A stretch of 64,000 nt of DNA, from the NCBI GenBank assembly GCA_037431425.1, contig GCA_037431425.1_4129.2; one strand, 5' to 3'. This DNA is from a phage. Both the position numbers and the translations under genes were made by a program. Shown here one piece after another: positions 61,931 through 64,000 of this stretch (position 1 is its first letter; each line of letters begins with the position of its first letter). The notes under the pieces are model-generated. The model did not search any database. It was given only the letters and a program-made list of their open reading frames with translations, and was not told the DNA's origin.

Positions 61931-64000
61931 ATGTATATCGATGCTTATATGGAACGTAAACGTACTGGTGATATTCTTCATGTTGTTGAACGTAAAAATG
62001 GTAAACGTATTCTACGTGAATTAGATCCAGTATATGAATATTACGTTGAATCTCCCCAAGGTACACACAAAACTGTGTATGGTACAATGGCTAAACATTT
62101 TGAGTTTCAAACACAAGCTCAAATGAATAAAAGTGTAGAGCAGCACAAAAGTGAAGGTCTACGTATTTTTGAAAGTGATTGTAACATTACATTTAAAACA
62201 CTAGCAAAAGAATATATGGGGAAAGGCTCACCGGACTTGAATATTGTTTTCTTCGATATCGAGACTGATTTCCATAAGAAATTTGGCTATGCCCCGCCAT
62301 CAGACCCATTCAACCGTGTAACAGCCATTTCCCTATATCAATCATGGACCGGAAAAGATTATGTACTTACTTTACCACCTGATGATATGGAAATTTATGA
62401 AGCACAGGACATTGTTCGTAAACTAAATGAAGAAACAAACGATCCTAACAGTACTGTAATTCTATATACAGACGAAAAGGAAATGTTTATGGAATTCTTT
62501 AGTTTAATTGATGATTCTGATATTATTTCAGGATGGAATAGTGAATTCTTTGATATTCCATATATGATCAATAGAACTAAAAAAATCTTCAATGAAGCAA
62601 CAACTGCACGTTGGTGTTTGTGGAATAAAAAACCAACTTCGCGTGAAGCCGATAACTTTGGAAAAATAGTTCAAACTTATGATCTGATTGGTCGTGTTCA
62701 TCTTGACTACTTGGCATTGTATAAAAAACATGCTGGTCAGGTTGAACAATCTTATAAACTGGATTATATTGCAGAAAAAGTAACTAAAGAAAATAAAGTA
62801 TCATATGAAGGTTCACTAGATAAACTTTACAGAGAAGATTATATTACTTTCTTACGATATTCCAAACAAGATAGCATTCTACTTAAAAAGATTGATGCAA
62901 AGTGTGACTACATCAACCTGCACAATCGCCTGGCACATAAAGAATGCGTTCTTATTAGTACAACAATGGGTTCTGTTGCACTTATTGACACAGCTATTAT
63001 TAACTTAGCACATGCACGTGGTGAAGTTGTTTTTAACAAAGCACCCAAAGATGATGTTGAGTTTGATCCTGAAATGGAATATTATGGTGAAGATGGAATT
63101 GATGGAGAAGAGAAAATCAGTGCAAAAGCAGCAGGGGCATGGGTACAAGATCCAGTACTAGGACTTGTGAGTGACCTTGGGTGTACTGACTTTAACTCAC
63201 TTTATCCTACTGTCCTACGTACTTTAGGTATGAGTACTGAATGTATTCTTGGACAACTACGACAAGATTACACAGATGCGTATCTTGCAGCTAAAATCCA
63301 GGAACAGAAGAGCAAATCTAAATCAAAATCATTTGAACCTGATTGGACTGCTGCATGGCATGGTTTGTTTGCCGCAGTAGAGTTTACAATGGTCCATGAA
63401 AAGTCAGAAGAAACATTGATTGTGGACTTAGAAGATGGTAGTTCCTTCAAAGCAACTGGTAAGGAACTATATGATATTATTTTTGCAGAAGATAGCACGA
63501 TTGTTCTTAGTGCAAACGGAACATTGTTTGATAAATCTAAATCAGGTGTAATTCCAGATATTCTTACACAATGGTATTCTGAACGTAAAGCCCAGCAAAA
63601 AATGGTTATTGATTACAAACATATGTGTACGGATGGCTGGGAGTTTAATGGTCATGAAAAAGTTGAACCATTGCTATCCAACTATACACATGGAACTATG
63701 TTTAGAACCAATATCCATGATAACGATCCAGTATACTTACTTCGTAAAGAAATTGGTAAAGGACAATGGGATGAAGTTGCTAAGTTGATTGTTGAAAACG
63801 GCTTAATCCTAAAAGAAGGTCGCATTTTTTGTCCAAACGAAGAAAAAGAGTACTTTAAACAGCGTAGTGCTTTCTGGAAACAGAACCAACAGATTCGTAA
63901 AATTCTTCTAAACAGTCTATATGGTGCACTATTGAACAAAGGTTCTCGTTTCTTTGATAAACGTTTAGGTCAATCTGTTACATTAACTGGTCGTTCAATG
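61931..64000 (+). CDS. 43: Family-B DNA polymerase, T4 gp43-like (5' partial; first 690 codons, continues beyond window)
   Basis: Open frame from ATG 61931 to the window end (not in the ORF track because no stop is reached); exonuclease motifs FFDIETD, SGWNSEFFDIPYM, YSKQDSILL; polymerase motif A DFNSLYPTV and motif B KILLNSLYGAL; RBS AAGGGA. Confidence 0.9.
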   Translation, partial: MYIDAYMERKRTGDILHVVERKNGKRILRELDPVYEYYVESPQGTHKTVYGTMAKHFEFQTQAQMNKSVEQHKSEGLRIFESDCNITFKTLAKEYMGKGSPDLNIVFFDIETDFHKKFGYAPPSDPFNRVTAISLYQSWTGKDYVLTLPPDDMEIYEAQDIVRKLNEETNDPNSTVILYTDEKEMFMEFFSLIDDSDIISGWNSEFFDIPYMINRTKKIFNEATTARWCLWNKKPTSREADNFGKIVQTYDLIGRVHLDYLALYKKHAGQVEQSYKLDYIAEKVTKENKVSYEGSLDKLYREDYITFLRYSKQDSILLKKIDAKCDYINLHNRLAHKECVLISTTMGSVALIDTAIINLAHARGEVVFNKAPKDDVEFDPEMEYYGEDGIDGEEKISAKAAGAWVQDPVLGLVSDLGCTDFNSLYPTVLRTLGMSTECILGQLRQDYTDAYLAAKIQEQKSKSKSKSFEPDWTAAWHGLFAAVEFTMVHEKSEETLIVDLEDGSSFKATGKELYDIIFAEDSTIVLSANGTLFDKSKSGVIPDILTQWYSERKAQQKMVIDYKHMCTDGWEFNGHEKVEPLLSNYTHGTMFRTNIHDNDPVYLLRKEIGKGQWDEVAKLIVENGLILKEGRIFCPNEEKEYFKQRSAFWKQNQQIRKILLNSLYGALLNKGSRFFDKRLGQSVTLTGRSM

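Noticed and set aside
1-64000. CRISPR arrays, integrase/transposase genes, rRNA
   Set aside because: No regularly spaced direct repeats with unique spacers; no recombinase or transposase motifs; no rRNA-like conserved segments. The only repeats are in-frame fibre repeats.

Overview
This 64-kb window is a contiguous stretch of a tailed-phage (myovirus-type) genome with a divergent T4-type core. All homology calls are from reading motifs by eye against remembered T4 and bacterial sequences; no database search was run, and coordinates of small motifs may be off by 1-2 nt. Recognisable homologues: T4 gp20 portal, gp21 prohead protease, gp22 scaffold, gp23 major capsid protein, gp55 late sigma factor, gp47/gp46 (Mre11/Rad50-like) nuclease, a family-B DNA polymerase (partial, runs off the 3' end), gp25/gp6/gp5-type baseplate proteins, a gp15-like tail completion protein, a T4-lysozyme-type lysozyme and a Nudix hydrolase. 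The left fifth (34-13114, minus strand) is a receptor-binding cassette of five fibre/spike genes (763, 1847, 300, 714 and 375 aa) with a pectate-lyase-fold tailspike, a collagen-like fibre and long in-frame tandem repeats. The middle carries the baseplate module, including a 3327-aa (10 kb) giant ORF and a gp5-like spike with fused M23-like and lysozyme domains. The two strongest candidates for something new are a bacterial-type ClpA AAA+ unfoldase gene with its own sigma70-like promoter (18898-21186) and an ~850-bp ORF-free interval (46498-47351) with a sigma70-like promoter and a terminator ~470 nt downstream, which is a candidate non-coding RNA or origin locus. Most late genes carry a T4-late-promoter-like NATAAATA box ~30-47 nt upstream of the start codon, and most operons end in clear intrinsic terminators. 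No rRNA, tRNA, CRISPR array, integrase or transposase was recognised. The ORF track uses ATG/GTG/TTG starts; several starts were moved to the first ATG with a Shine-Dalgarno sequence.
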